DNA from: Amoebidium appalachense
Taxonomy: Eukaryota > Protista > Ichthyosporea
Length of the DNA: 64,000 nt
NCBI GenBank assembly: GCA_963693365.1
Contig: CAVNZM010000012.1
Coordinates: forward strand, 186,001 to 250,000
Direction: 5' to 3'
The notes under the pieces are model-generated. The model was not told where the DNA came from. It worked only from the letters and a program-made list of their open reading frames with translations, and ran no database searches. Shown one piece after another: positions 1-24,033 of the stretch (within the stretch, counting starts at the first letter, position 1; each line of letters begins with the position of its first letter). The position numbers and the translations under genes were made by a program.

Positions 1-468
1 GCACCAATGAGAGTTATAACATTGCTCTAACACACACACAATTCCACAAAGACTAGAACATGCTTGTGCATAGACACACAAGGACGTACACACACAAATC
101 ATACACTCCTTAAAAACGAAAATGAAGCTGGGTTCGGAGCCCACAATGAAGTCTTTGAACCACATCGCTACTATTTGGTGCTGGCATTCACTCACACACA
201 TGCCCAGTCGATGCAAACACAGCCTCACATGTGGCACATGCACCTGCCATGTCCCTGCTTCTGTGTCTGCTGTCACCAGCCCCTCGCCCTCCCCCCCTCC
301 CCCTCCCCCCCCCCCCCCCCTCCCTTCCTCTCACACAACCACTAACATTCCCACCCCCCCCCCTCCCCCCGCCCCCCCTCACAACCACTAACATCCCCTC
401 CCCCCTCCCCCCCCCCCTCTCACACAACCACTACCCCCCCCCCCCGGGCACCCACCCACCACCTGCAG

Positions 469-860
469 TCCCCAGAGCCACCAGTAGATGCAGCATGTGA
501 CAGCGCCAACCAGGGGATGATGAGTCTGACGGCAGCTGAGAGGGCACTGGTGGAGGGGGTGGTGGCCGTGGAGGACCTGGAGACCGCATGCGAGGTAAAC
601 AGAGGGGGATGGGTGGGAAGGGGGTAGAGTTATGTGCGTGTTTGGCCTAAGAGTATAAAGTGGCTGCAAGGAAGGAGAAGAGGGAGGGAGAAGGGGTCCC
701 GGGGAGGGGGGGGGGGAGGGGGGGAAGGGGATGGGGGTTTTCGATTTAGTTGTTGGCTTGGTGAGGTGGGGGAGCTTGGTATTGAGGGGGGAGGGGTCGA
801 AGGGAGTCGTTTTGGTGCCAGCAAACTAAATCTCTCTTCGTGTTTTGTATGTTGGTGGTG

Positions 861-916
<56 letters not shown>

Positions 917-1725
917 TAGGTTTGTTCTATCTGTGCCTACACCTAACCCTACCTTCCTTTTTAGGGTCTAGGTCGTACGCAGGTGCTGCAGCTAGTGCAG
1001 AGTGTGGAGGCAGCCAGTGCGATAGACAGGGCACAGGACACGGAGCAGCAGCTCAATGCATTGTGGGGGCACTACCTGGCTGCGAGGATGGTCCATAGGA
1101 GACTGAGGGCTTACTGCCAGGGTCTTGCTGAGGTGCGTCTGGAGTGGTGGGGAAGATAGGGGAGGGTGCTGGAAGGCTGTGCTGTGTGCTAGCGGGGGTG
1201 TTATGGGTGGTATTTGATGGGTATGAAGGTGGCGCACACGGTGATGGTGGTGACTTGAACGGTGCTTGGGGGATGACTTGAATGTTGCCTGGAGGGGTGA
1301 CTTGGAAGGCGCTCGGGGGGTGATTTGAGGTAGCACTATACACGAAATGTGGTGTTGGTTAAAGGTGTGCATTGATGCAAGTGACTAAAGGTGTGTGTGC
1401 AGGCACTGCTTGCTGAGGCATCGGAGGAGGATGTGTGTGACCACTATGCAAAGATCAGAGACCTGGCTAGGAGGGGGAGAAGGCCACGTTCAATGGTGGG
1501 TATTGTGGGTGGGTGTGATTGTGACGGGGGGGTTTGAGGGTGTGATGAGTGTGTATTTGTGGGGGGGGGGGGGGCGTTTGTGTGTATGTGGGGGGGGGGA
1601 GGTGGGGGGGATGAGAGTGTGTGGATGGGGGTAGGCGTGGGGTTGTGGGGGGGTGGGGGGGGGGATGTGGGGATATAGGAGAGCTTTTTTTTTTTGTGTG
1701 TGTGTGGGTGGGTGGGTGGGTGGGT

Positions 1726-1758
<33 letters not shown>

Positions 1759-3444
1759 GGAGGGATTGGGTCGATTGGTTCGGTAGGTGCTGGTGTTACG
1801 CTGAATGCTCTAAGTGGTGTCCTGCTCTTGGTGGGGCATGCGGTGGTGAAACCCGGGTATGTGGGATGGTGGTGATGGGAGTCGTGTGGTTGTGTGGTTC
1901 TGATGGGAGTGGTGTGGTTGTGGGGTGCTGATGGGGGCATGGTGGTTGTGTTGTACAGATTCGTGTGGAGACCATGTGGACCAGCCAGTTCAGACACAGT
2001 ATAAAGAAGGCCGTGCAGTCCATGAAAACCGAGGAGGTAGGCACATATGCATACAGGCACAGAGGCACATGCACACAGGCACATGCACACAGGCACATGC
2101 ACACAGACACATGCACAGAGGCACATGCACACAGGCACACAGGCACACAGGCACAGAGGCACATGCACACATGCATATGTTCACATGTCACATGCACACA
2201 GGCACATGCTCACATGTCACATGTGCCCGTGTGGCTGCACAGAGGTCGATTGGCAGGAAACAAATACATGTTTACACCTTTCTGCACTGTGAATCTCTCT
2301 GTGAATTCTCACCGTATTGCGGCACAAAGACACCAAGTGGCTCCCGTGGCAATAAGGTGAGCATGGGTCACTGATATTTCCATATATAGGAGGTGCTGCA
2401 CTTTGTGCACCAGATGGCTAAGATGGGCACCCTGCACGAGGCCCGCCAGAGAGAGTGTGTGCTGCAGAACCTGGCATGTACGTGTGTGTAGGAGGGAGGG
2501 GGGGGGGGGGGGGGGGGGAGGGGTTATGGATGTGGGAGTGGGTGTGGGCATGGGTGTGTGGGTGGGGGAGAGTTTAGGTGGGTGTGGGTGTGTGGGTGCA
2601 CATGCAGCAATTCTCACATGTATGTCTGTGCGCAACTGCACGATTGTGTGTGTGATGGTTTTCAGAGCCTGTGTGAGTGAGATGTGGGCTTGTATTAAGT
2701 TGAATGTGTTTGTGTTATTGCATATGTTCGTTTGTGGATGTTTGTGTAAATACATGTGGATATCTGTGCATGTGTGGGTGCTTGTGTGAATACATGGGTG
2801 GGTGGTTGTGTGCTTGCATTTTTGTGTTCGTGTTTTGGTGTTCGTGTGTATGCATGCATGTTTGTGTACATGCAGGCAAGAATGGCACAAATGGTTGCAT
2901 GTGTGGGTGTTTGGGTGTGTGTACGTGCTTGTGGGCATCATGTGTGTCTGTGTGCATGCACGTGTGTCCTTGTGCATGTGTGTATGTTTCAAAGGTTGTG
3001 ACACTGTGTGCACAGGCGAGTACGGTGCACTGAGGGACAGCAATGCACTGCTGGGGGAGCACGTGAGACACATGGAGGATGAGCTCATGAGCACGGGCAG
3101 GGGGGAGATGCTGGCTAGGGTACGTGCACACACACACACGTACACAGGCATGGCACGTGCACACAGGCAGTCACAGCACGTGCACATACATGCAGGCATG
3201 GCACGTACACACACGTACGTACAGTCATGGCACGTAAACACACACACGCAGGCATGGCACGTACACGTATATGCAGGCATGGCACGTACACACACATGCA
3301 GGCATGACGCGTACACACACACATGCAGGCATGGCGTGTACACACACACACATGCATGCACGCCCAGGCACTGACATATGTGCGTCGCACACACCGACAC
3401 ACGCGTACACATACAGAAAGAGAGAGTGAAAGGGACAGGGGGAT

Positions 3445-3475
<31 letters not shown>

Positions 3476-3634
3476 GGGGGGGGGGGGGGGAGACAGAAGA
3501 GAGGGAATAGAGAGCAGGGAAGGGGCCGGGGGGGGGGGGGGGGGGGGGGGGGGGAGGAGAGAGATAGAGAGAGAGGAGACTCCATGCATGTCATCTTGTG
3601 CTCCACATTTCACACTAAAAAATAGCCGAATCTA

Positions 3635-3674
<40 letters not shown>

Positions 3675-3799
3675 CCGCCCGGCCGCTTGCCTGTCTGACA
3701 CAATCGTTGTTGCCGTGCTGTGAAAAAGAAACATCGACTAAACAGCCCTTACTCCACTTGTACCCAAGTGCTTGAAGACAGCTTGATCGCACGCACGCG

Positions 3800-3877
<78 letters not shown>

Positions 3878-3999
3878 TACGCATGGCTGCCGAGAGTGCC
3901 GCGGAGCAGCAGCAGCACCCCGGTGTGGGTGTGTTCAGTCTGCCGTCCCTCCTGTCTCTGCACCTGGCTGACACGGTGACCGAGGGGGAGCAGCTATAG
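469..3999 (+). CDS. 3' portion of a multi-exon gene for an uncharacterised alpha-helical protein (5' end not located, probably upstream of the window)
   Basis: AG/GT-bounded exons at ~469-594, 983-1132, 1403-~1495, 1960-2036, 2390-2477, 3017-3120 and 3877-3999. The last four splice in frame (IRVETMWTSQFRHSIKKAVQSMKTEE-EVLHFVHQMAKMG...NLAC-EYGALRDSNALLGEHVRHMEDELM...-IRMAAESAAEQQQH...EGEQL*). The junctions around 1495-1860 are unresolved. No domain recognised. Confidence 0.6.
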
Positions 4000-4700
4000 G
4001 TCCTTCACTTTGTATGCCCCGTGTTTTCACTGCTTTGTGTATTGACCTTTATGTGCATGTGGCGACTGGTATTGCCCCGGGTAGTGGCTGGCTCTTTTGT
4101 TTAGGAAATATCAACATCTGCCTGTATGTCTGGTTCCACTGTGTATGTGTTTGTCCTCAATTGTTGATAGTTCTTGCCCTCATCTCTTGATAGTGTAACT
4201 CTGTGCAGTAGGTGCTGTGCATGTTAATTGATAGTGGAACGAATGTGAATAAGTGCTGATGCACAAATACCTGTATGACCTGTATATAGCTATGACTGCC
4301 CAGTGCCTGTGCTTTCAGCATCGGCTAAATCTGAGTCAGTGAAGATCATGAAAATAATGTTGATGTGACGCTTTTTGTGTACATGGCATTGTCGGATTCT
4401 TGTTTTGGTTTGGCAATAAAACCTGTGAAACGTAAGCCTGAGCTGGGCAACAACTTCCTGAACATCACTGTGTGAACGAGTTGGTGCATAGGCTTATACA
4501 CTGAGGTTTGCACGATCAGTCCATCAGCCTACGGTATCACTTCAACTGTTCCGAGTTAAGATTAGGTACATCTTTGGCTAACGAACACCTCGAGATAGCG
4601 TTGGCATTTACAAAACATCCTGTCACCCCCCTTCGCCCAAGATGTACACACATACACACACAGTAAAAAATGCAAAGAGACCCGGTTCCCCACTCCCCCC

Positions 4701-4740
<40 letters not shown>

Positions 4741-4914
4741 TGCCTTTTCCGATCCCCCGTTGCGAACACATTTCTCAGTCTCTAGGGCAAAATTACGGCC
4801 CGATCCCCAGCCATCCATCCGCCACCCTCCGCAAACCTGCCCCGCCCCTCATGCACGCAATCATGAACATCTATACCGCCACAAGCACGGCACACCGTGC
4901 CCACTTCAACGTGA

Positions 4915-5130
4915 GCCAGCTTGTTCTCTGTAAGTGAGTCACCGTGGCCATCAATATTTGCGAAGTCAACTTGGCCTGCAGCCCTGAGACATGTGCAAGA
5001 GGAATCACAGGCATTGCATAGTCATTGTCTTTCTTCCACGCTTTATATTCAAATGATTGCGCAGGATATAGCCAAAGTGCAAAGAGTTGTAGAAGGGGAG
5101 AGTGCTATCAAATGTTTGGAAGTTTCAGTA
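4915..5130 (-). mobile_element. Possible degenerate Ty1/copia gag (UBN2-like) fragment
   Basis: The minus strand reads YPAQSFEYKAWKKDNDYAMPVIPLAHVSGLQAKL, resembling the copia gag W-x3-D/N-x2-A-M-x2-I-x3-4-VS pattern. It is frame-broken and no LTR or pol is visible. Confidence 0.3.
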
Positions 5131-6077
5131 AATCTCACTGTAATCACTTATTGAAGCGACTCGCTCGCACCACAATGAAAAGAGCATCGAATTTTGTCCA
5201 GATGGCGTTCGTGCAAACTCGTTCAGCATTGCAAAGCGGAGTCGCATACCCAACTCCCCAACTCTCCCAGCAAAATACTATTTACTGATACTTTTTATTA
5301 AACATTAAAAAAAAAAGTGAGGGAACATGGATCCTGCAGCCTGAGTAAGCGCCTTACAAGCGGCCCAGTGCCAAATGTGAGGGTATGTAGACTGAGGTAC
5401 AAGCCCATTATATCGTACACAGGCATTCTCATTTGGATATAAGTCATCTTTGGAATGCCGTATAACGGATTGGTATGCGGTACGGCCAATCACAGCCCAC
5501 ATTTGGAAAGTGAGGCACCAACCCCAGCACTTTGCAACTCCCGGCCTGGTTTTGTTCGGCCGTGACACCCGGCCGCAACACAGCTTTGGCTTTTCCTACT
5601 TTGTGGTGCATGTTGACAGACTCGATGTTCCTGTTAGGAAACGTAGAAACTAAAGGCATTTAGTAGCTCAGGCCACGAAGTTACAGACCATTTATAAGGC
5701 AGCGGCGAGTTGGTTGGACAGCGCCAAGTTAGATGGGCTAAGAGCAGGGCACAAACAGCAGAGCAGGGTGCAGGTGCATGGTTGGGCGTAGATCACAGTG
5801 CAAGCAGTGCACGTACTAAAAACACAGCACAGCATACAGGGACTGGAGGAGACGCAGAGGCACGCACACAGCTGTCACCACACGACTTGGCACTGTGTCC
5901 GCAGGCAGGGATTTAACTGTTACTCGCACACGCACATAGAGCACGTCAGTGCACCAAGGCTATGTTGTATGTGCGCACACATTGGGTTGTAGCCAAGCAC
6001 GCACAGATCCACGTTCACTCGGACTGCCTCCAGACAAATCGCAACGTTCGGGTACGCCACCCAACGCGGGAGGTGCA

Positions 6078-15515
<9,438 letters not shown>

Positions 15516-15590
15516 AAGGGAATGGATGTACTCTTTGGAAAGTGGAAGGTTTCTACTAGATGCGACTAGAAAATGTGGAGTTTTTTGTTT

Positions 15591-15638
<48 letters not shown>

Positions 15639-16064
15639 GGGGGGGGGGGGGGGGGGTTAAGGACTTTGCCTGTGGCAACTCTTGCATAGTGTAAGCTTAA
15701 GTGAATAGAAGAGAGAATAGTAGCCAAAGCTTGCGACTGAAAAGGGCGGTTTGAGTGGTTCAAAGGAGCTGTGTCGCATATTTTTTCCTTCCCACACCAT
15801 GCCCAATTGCATTTCCCATATATCGTAATGGTGGTAGTAGGTTGTTGTTTGTGTGGAACGAGGGAAAGCAGACCCCCACATGCAGAAAACGGACCGACAA
15901 GGTTGCATGCATAGATTGTAGAACAGTCGTTTTAGTCAGTTATTTGCACCAAATTTTTTTTTAGCATAATAGGTCTAGAGCAGGACCAAGGAGCATCGTT
16001 TTACAAGTACAGCGAGATGGAAGCGCGCGCCTGAGTTAACTAATATTAACGTATAACCATATAT

Positions 16065-16142
16065 AGCCTGGGTGCTATATGTGGTAAATAGCTACCCCTC
16101 CTTATGGTAGGAGTGGCCAGGTCGGGTACCTGGTTGTTGGTT
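16065..16142 (+). ncRNA. Degenerate tRNA-like element (pseudo-tRNA or SINE head)
   Basis: D-like arm GCTAT-ATGTGGTAA-ATAGC, middle arm CTCCT-TATGGT-AGGAG and T-like arm CCAGG-TCGGGTA-CCTGG. The acceptor stem and TTCRA loop are imperfect, so it is not a functional tRNA call. Confidence 0.35.
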
Positions 16143-16807
16143 GCGCTTTGCCGTTATGCATAGCGCTCGGAATACAAGGAGGCCTTTGCGGAAAAACATA
16201 TGAAAGCTTTAATATCTGATGTGTGTGCACTTCGGGCACTGGCGACGCATGCGCAGGTACGGGGGTCAAATGGCCCCACCATTATTACATATGACAACAG
16301 GGAGGCTAATCGGAGGTAGAGTTGAATTGACCTGGTTCTTGGGCTGTACGGAGTGTTCGGTATCTTCCTTGACCCCATGATTGCACACCGACACCAACGG
16401 CCCGGGCTCTCGAAGCTTCGAGGGCGGCCGGGCGGGTGAGGACCCGCGAAAGGGGAGGGGGAGGGGGGGGGGGGGGGGGGGGGGGGAGGGGGAGGGAGGA
16501 GTGGGGATACCTACTGCCTGTGGTGCACGTGGGCACACAAGTCCATACGCCGGAAGTCCCCTTGCACCTGATTGGACAAAACACGATTTGATGACGTCAA
16601 ATCAGGGGAGAACGATTCGATCCCCAAGCGACATAAAGAGCGGGGGGTTGGGGGGGCGGCAGCCCCCCATTTAGGGCCCAGACACACATAGGGTTATGGT
16701 TATTGGGTTTATGTTTTTATTTTGGTAAATTATTATGAAAGATTGTATTTTTTAGCCGGTTATGGTCCGATCTCCCTATCCCTAGGAGCTTCCTTCGCAT
16801 TCTTTTC

Positions 16808-16848
<41 letters not shown>

Positions 16849-16929
16849 TGGTGGTGGTGGTGGGTTTGTGTGTGTTGGGGAATATCCTACTGCCTGTGGT
16901 GGGGTTTCTTTTCGTTTTTTTTTCCCCCT

Positions 16930-16962
<33 letters not shown>

Positions 16963-17080
16963 GTGGTGGTGGTGGTGGTGTGTTTGTGTGTGTGTTGGGG
17001 AATATCCTACTGCCTGTGGTGGGGTTTCATTTTCTTTCTTTCTTTCTTTCTTTTTTTTTGTTTTGTTGGTGGTGGTGGTG

Positions 17081-17118
<38 letters not shown>

Positions 17119-17132
17119 TTGTGTGTGTGCAC

Positions 17133-17163
<31 letters not shown>

Positions 17164-17210
17164 GGGGGGAGGAAGGGGTTGGAATATTAATAAATACCTT
17201 ACTAATTATG

Positions 17211-17241
<31 letters not shown>

Positions 17242-17369
17242 CCCTCTTTCCTTTCTTTTTCTTTTTTTTGGGGGGGGGGGGGGGGGGGTTTGGAACATAA
17301 ATTCAAGTATTCTACTAATTATGTTTTTTTGCCACGGTTTGCAATTGCTTGTATGTTTTTTGTGGGGGT

Positions 17370-17403
<34 letters not shown>

Positions 17404-17709
17404 GGGGGGGGGGGGAGAAGGGGGGAGGGGGGGAGGGGGGAGGGGGGCATGCAACGGTGTTGACGTTGTGTGCGCATGTATGTGTGCGACTACCGTCTGG
17501 ATATGTATGAGGTGGAAGTAGCATGTGGCATTTGCACACGTGCGTGTGTGTGTGTGTGCGCGCCGTGCACTGCACTGTGCTTTCTAACGGACATAGCAGT
17601 AGGGCGGCGGCTACAGTGCACATGCTCACACCGCCACAAGTTGCACGACTATCACTGAACATCCTCAAGATCATATCCCCCCCTCCCCTACCCCACTGGT
17701 TCCCCCCAA

Positions 17710-17747
<38 letters not shown>

Positions 17748-18166
17748 AGTGTAATCCCACGTGCACGGCTCACACGTGTGCACATGTGTATGTACACACG
17801 CGAACGCCGTACACTCTGGCACACACACACACAGTCACGTGACACAATTGCAAGGCCCTTGAAATTTCAACCGGAAGTCACTGCCAGAAAGGAACCCCCC
17901 CCCCCCCCCCCTGCCACCCCAAAACATTGCCAGCGACCCTCATCGATCAAGCCACGGTAGACAGCTCAAATTTTCGTGAGAGAGTTTTGATCGATGGTAG
18001 GACCACATCGGGGCTCTGTGCTAGCCTGGGCAATGGCCATAGGCACGTTTTAATAACCAGCCGTTCCCCACAGTTACAGTATAAAATCGGGATGTGTGCA
18101 CGTGGGGTGCACGCTGCATATGTGCATGTCTCTAGTACATATCCCTCCTGTCCTCGAGTTCCCGGC

Positions 18167-18208
<42 letters not shown>

Positions 18209-18578
18209 AGCATCCTCCTCCTCCTCCCCAAACCCCGACATGGCCACCACCCGTCCAGCATAAGTTTAATCTCGGTTTTCCTGGAGCACATTCATACAGA
18301 CTATACATAGTACGGCCTAAAAATACGTGGCATCCTAACACTGTAGCTTAGAATGGAGATCTGCCGTCTTTAATTTTGTTTTTATCTTCTCGCCTCCCAT
18401 TTTCGTGTATAATGACTTGCTTTATGCACATGCCACCCATACAACACGCACAACAACTGTGTCGGCGCCGGCTTGCAAACCGGCCAACCCAACATCCTCT
18501 TCCTTCAAGGACTCTCTGCCTTCTTGACCACCACATTCGCACCAAGCTGATCTACGGCAGGCCGAGCAAATATCATAC

Positions 18579-20365
18579 CTAAACAGGCTTGCTGGCCTTA
18601 GCATCGACCTGGCCGAACATGAATACCAGGGTTTTTTTAATCATAAAGCCAAGCTCAATATCACTGCCACAGTCGGGCCGTGCCACCGGCCGCATGGTGA
18701 TGCCGTAGCAGACCTTGACCTCGTCCGAGGAGTCGAGGTCCAGGGCGTCAATGAGGTTGTCCCAGTGCAGGCACGAGCCCATGACCCCTCCCACCCGCCC
18801 CTCATCGTCAGTGTTGGTAGTGGGCAAACGCAGCCACCTGGCCTCAGGCTGCAGCTGGGGTAGGTTGTTGGCCTTGCTGGGCCACTCAACTTCGGCCCCA
18901 AGCAAACAGTCGACGAATGCTATGTCCTCGTCCTCCAAGTCCTCCCACTCCAGGCCAACCACAGCAAAGGTAGCCGGCCCATCTGCGTGTACCACCACTA
19001 GTTTCATGGTTGCTACGACCTGGTCAGCATCAGCAGGTTCAGTGAGATCGATAGTGCCACCATATCGGTAAGCACCTGCTGCATATCCTGGGTTCTTGAG
19101 CTGAGCCTCCTTGTGCAGCACCACCGTGTGGCCCAGCCGGGGCACCAGCCAGTCCTTTGGCCAGGTTCTTGTTCGTTCAGCCGCATAGTCACGCCCCAGG
19201 GCCACGGCCTTGTAGGCCTGCAGCAGCACGTCAGCAGGCACGTGCCCAGCCTCCTCAACCCCCGCCAGCTCCTCACTGCTCATCAGAGGGTAGCGCACGT
19301 GCCAGGCCAGCCAGCCCAGCGGCCTGCCCGTGGCTGTGGCCCAGCGCACGGCCAGGTCCAGCAGCTCGGCCTCTCTGCACGTGTGGTAGCGCCACTGCAG
19401 CACCGCCTCAACCACCCCTACACCCACCTGGCCCACACGCTCCCCCGACAAAAACTCAACTGCGTTCCGCATGAACGTGTGCTTGCAGTAGGTGGCTACC
19501 TCATCGCTCACACAGGCCAGTGGTACCGTTGTAGATGGTGGGGGGGGTTTTGAGTCTCGCCAGTTTCCCCCCGTGCACGTTTGCGCGGTTGTGGGGACGA
19601 GGAGGGGCTGGGGGGAGGGTCGGGGGCCAGGGCAGCCATGGCGGCGAGAAAAAAAATCGGGGTGGGTACTTGGGGTGGGTGAGAGGGTATGGAAGTGCCT
19701 CACTAGGTCGGCCTGAAGGCGGGCCATGCCAAACTGCGCCGCGGGGAGGGGGGGTAGTGTCAGTGTGGTATGTGCTAGAGTTGCCCACAGAGTGTTCTTG
19801 CTTACGGCCACACCCATACAAGCGCACAAGGACAGCATTGTGGACTGTTCCTATCCAAACCGTGCCTGCCTGCTTCGGGCACCCACCCTGTCAGCAGCAT
19901 TGATAACCCTGACAGTGTCCTCTGGGCCGAGGGTGACCTTGAGGCCGTAGGCACAGCGCAGCAACAGGGCCATGGTGTTTGGTGCCAGCACACCCAGACG
20001 CACAACCTGCTCGCCAGACTCCACAAAGCCCTCCTGCGCCAGAAGCCTATCCCAGTAGTCGCTGGTCGTCGCCTGCAGGTACGGGGGATGAGTGAGTGAG
20101 CGCATTAAGACGTATGCATGCATACGTATGCAGGCGCAAGTGTGTGGGCCCAAGGGAAAACTCATGACAGAAGTTTTAGGGCACAAGACACACTGACCTA
20201 TATTAGTTGCCTAGTACTAGTAGCCTGTGCTTCTGAGTTTACATCGGGGTAGACGAGAAGCAAGTGGGAAGCATGCAGGGACACTCTAAACGCGACGAGA
20301 AACCAGTGGAAACCAGGGTGTACGATTGTCCCGTGCCTCCCCCTCCCCCCTCCCCCCCCTTCCCC

Positions 20366-20397
<32 letters not shown>

Positions 20398-20572
20398 CGC
20401 ACACACACACACAGGTCCTTCCAGGAGTATCCCCCCCCCCCCCCCCCCCTCCCTTACCCACCGAGTCCCCCTCCCCACTTCCTCTCGAAGAAATTGTGTT
20501 AACCAAAGTTGCTCAACAACAGGCCTCTTCAGTTAAGTCGTACTATCCTAGACAACCCGTTACCAACCCTGT

Positions 20573-20603
<31 letters not shown>

Positions 20604-20806
20604 CCCCCCCTCCCCCCCACACCGCCCGCCCTCCCTTTCCCTTCTTTAGTGGCCACACTCACCAGAAACACCCTGGGGACGTTAAACTTTTCTGTCTGTG
20701 TGCCCTCGGCAGCCTGCAGCACCAGGTCACACAGCCGCTGCTCCTCATACAGCCGGCCGAGCCGCTCCAACTGCTCTCCGCCGCCGGAGAGCTGGAAAGT
20801 AGCCAT
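18579..20806 (-). CDS. BTB/POZ-BACK domain protein (3 exons)
   Basis: Exons ~20663-20806, ~19887-20072 and 18579-19733. BTB start LGRLYEEQRLCDLVL...FNVPRVFLATTSDYW...LLLRCAY...VINAADRFGMARL. BACK-like EAELLDLAVRW...HVRYPLMSSEEL. Confidence 0.85.
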
Positions 20807-21992
20807 GTTCTGGGCACGTCCTTATTTTGGCGCTGAGAAAAGGGCTGCTTCGAGATGCACACGTGCCAAAATACTGTTTCTGCGCAAGCAGACTAAGGTG
20901 CCCCTATGCCCGGAGTAGGAGGGGTGCCCATTGCACACTCTTTATGTGGTCGGAAAGCCAATTTGCACCGTCAACTTGTTGAACCCAGGGCTAAATAAGT
21001 TATTTTTGACGTGTGCGGGTAGAGTGTGCACGAAACCTAGCGTTATAGTGGGCTTGCCGTGGTACATTTTTTCTTTTCTAGCGTCCAGCGCAGCGGAACG
21101 GTGACAGCTGTGTCGACTTGTGTTCTGAGCTCTCTAGCCAGGTTGAGTTCCCGCCATTTTCTCCCAATTAGGCAATCGTTATCATCAAAACAAGATCTCC
21201 TAGATCAAATTATGATCTAGGAGGCCCGAATCCGAACGTGGTACAGGCACTGTCGGACTCGGGCCAGGCTGTAAAAAACCTGTAATACTATCACTTTGCT
21301 CATGAAAATACCCATATGGTGTATATGTGCATGCACGCACATGTACATCGTCCTCTTAAGCATACACCTATAGCTGATAGTATTAGAGATTATGCGTGTC
21401 ATGAGATAAGCTGGTCATTTCATGGCACACACACACGCATATGCAATTGTACATGTATGAACGTGAATTCGCCATCACACACATACACACCTATCAAATG
21501 CATGGCTGAGTACAAAAGAGTGTCAATACAAACATCACTCTCACACCGAGACCTCAGTTGCAGCAACGAAACCTTACACATATCCGATAATACAAGCCAC
21601 GCTGTGTCTGTGGGGACTCAACAAACTCGAGCCGTCCCCACTGCTCAATTATTTTATTTTTTTTGGAGCTCAATACGGCCGTGTGATGATACTAAAGCCA
21701 CACGTTACCCCTGTGCAGACATGTGTACAGTACACCACACCCAAACAGCTTGTTCTCATATGTACACTACTACTATAGGCATGCAATCGACGGAGCAACA
21801 TGCCACCGATTCTTGATTATGAACATAACATCATGTTCTGTTAAACACGCTCTAATACACACATATGCATCATCTTGTATTTACTCTTTCGTTCACTTCG
21901 GCCCCACTTCCTATCCCGCCTGTCTTGCAGTCCAAATCAACTTGCGCATGCAAAATCCTAACACATTATTACATCCATACTCACACACCATC

Positions 21993-22433
21993 CTACCTAA
22001 CCAACAACTCACTTCTCACCAGAGCAGGCTCTTCCTCTGTGCCCGTGGGTTTTTCCGTTGCTGTGTTGCTGCTTGTGTTTTTAGTTTCTGATGGTTGTGT
22101 GGGTGGCGCAGTTGTGGCAGTTGTGGTGGTTGGTGGCTGAGCAGGTGCAGGGCCTGTTGGTTGCGGGGTTTGTGCAGTAGTTGCATTTTCAGTTGGTGGT
22201 TGGCTGGCTGCTTGGCCCTCCGATGAACTTTCAGCAGCGGTAGTTGAACCCCCCGAGCTGAAGGGAGAGGTGACAGCACCCCACAGGGAGGAGACTATGC
22301 CGCTGGGTTTAGGGAGAGAGAGGCGGGGTAGGGAGATGGAACTCTCTTCGGGACGGTCTCCCTCCCCCTTCTCGTGCATTCTACGCAGTTCCCACTCGAG
22401 CACATCCACACGGTACTGCAGCTCCTCCACACG

Positions 22434-22496
<63 letters not shown>

Positions 22497-24001
22497 TGGG
22501 GGAGGGGGGGTTGGGGGGGGGGGGTTTGAATGCGGAACACAGTACGAAGTACGCATAGACGATGAGAAGCATGGTGCAGGACACATGCAAAGGCAAACAT
22601 TCAAGTATGCAGCATCAGCCATGCGCACAGTATGCGTCATAAGCAGAGCCCATCCTCAGGGGGGGGGGGAGGGGGAGGGGGAGGGGAAGGGGTTAGAAGG
22701 CAGTACAGAGTACGAATACACATTCACGACGGACAACAAAATGGAGGGGGGTAGGGGGGTGGGTGGGTAGGTGGTGGTGGTGGTGGTGGTGGGGGGGGGG
22801 GGGGGGGGGGAGGCCGAAAAGTGAATGTGTCTGTCTTTGAGTGTGCCAGCATATGTGCGTGTGGGCCAAAAACACACTCGCACGAGGCCTCCCCCCCCCC
22901 CCCCCCCCCCCCCGGGGCACCCACCCACCCACCCAGCCACCCAATCCCTCCATATACACCTACACCCCGAACACCCTTTCACTGCATTCATTAGTTTCCT
23001 CACTACATGTTCTCTTTATTTACTTATTTATTGAAGTTTTACCCCTATTACCTTTCCGATCCTTTCCTCTTTTTATTTTCCTTCCTTTCTTACTTTCCTA
23101 TTCAATCTCTTTCTCTCTCTTCTTTTACTGAGTGCATGTGAAGGGGTGCAGAGTGTATTGCATGCACATTTTTTAAACACACACCCCACACCCACCCACC
23201 CACCTACAAGCACGCAACACAAACGTGGAGGCTTACCTCAGCAATAGCGTCAAAAGCCGCATTCAGCTTTCTCGTTTTTTCCACCTCCTTCTTTGCACTT
23301 CGATTGTATTCGTTCAGCAGCACCCCCTAGCAACAGTACCTTGTCAATAACAGTATCTAGCTCAACCCCCCCCCCCCCCCCCCCCCCCCACACACACACA
23401 CGCACACACGCACACCACCACCACCAAACAACAACAACAACAACAGCTAAAAAAAGACAACCAAACAAGAGAAAGGAAACCAAACCAAACACATCCATCA
23501 GCCAAACAACTGCACAGGTGCAGCTCACAAGTCTTTGGGTACTTGTATGGTTTAAGCATATTTCATTTACTACACAACTGAAAAGGAAAAGGTACAGATG
23601 AATCACACTTCCCCGGATATTCCTTTAAATTAACCACCTTCTCTCTCCCTACCTCCCCAAAAAAGGGAGAAAAACGAGAGAACAGATACAACCCCCCCCC
23701 CCCGCCCCCCCCTTCCCCTTAAAGCTTCCTGCGCCCAAAACAAAAAGAAGGTGGGAAAGAACGAAGATGCATCTCTCAGACTCGTGCGGTGGTGTGCCTT
23801 CAGTGTCTGTGTGTGCGTGCGCGGGCAAGCGCGCCCGTGTGCATGTGCATATTTTGGGACAAAATGGGGTCCCTATGTGCATTTTTCTGGGGCAAAGTGG
23901 GGTCCATACAGCAGCCGTGCAGTAGACAAAAAGCTCACCAAAAACCTCCGCCCCGGACTGGAAGGCCTTCTCCTCGGGCAGCGCCTGTGGAGGCACGGGT
24001 A

Positions 24002-24033
<32 letters not shown>

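Noticed and set aside
16065-16142. SRP RNA or U1 snRNA similarity (CCAGGTCGG, ACCTGG)
   Set aside because: The GNRA/GGAGCAG of SRP helix 8 and the ATACTTACCTG of U1 are absent.
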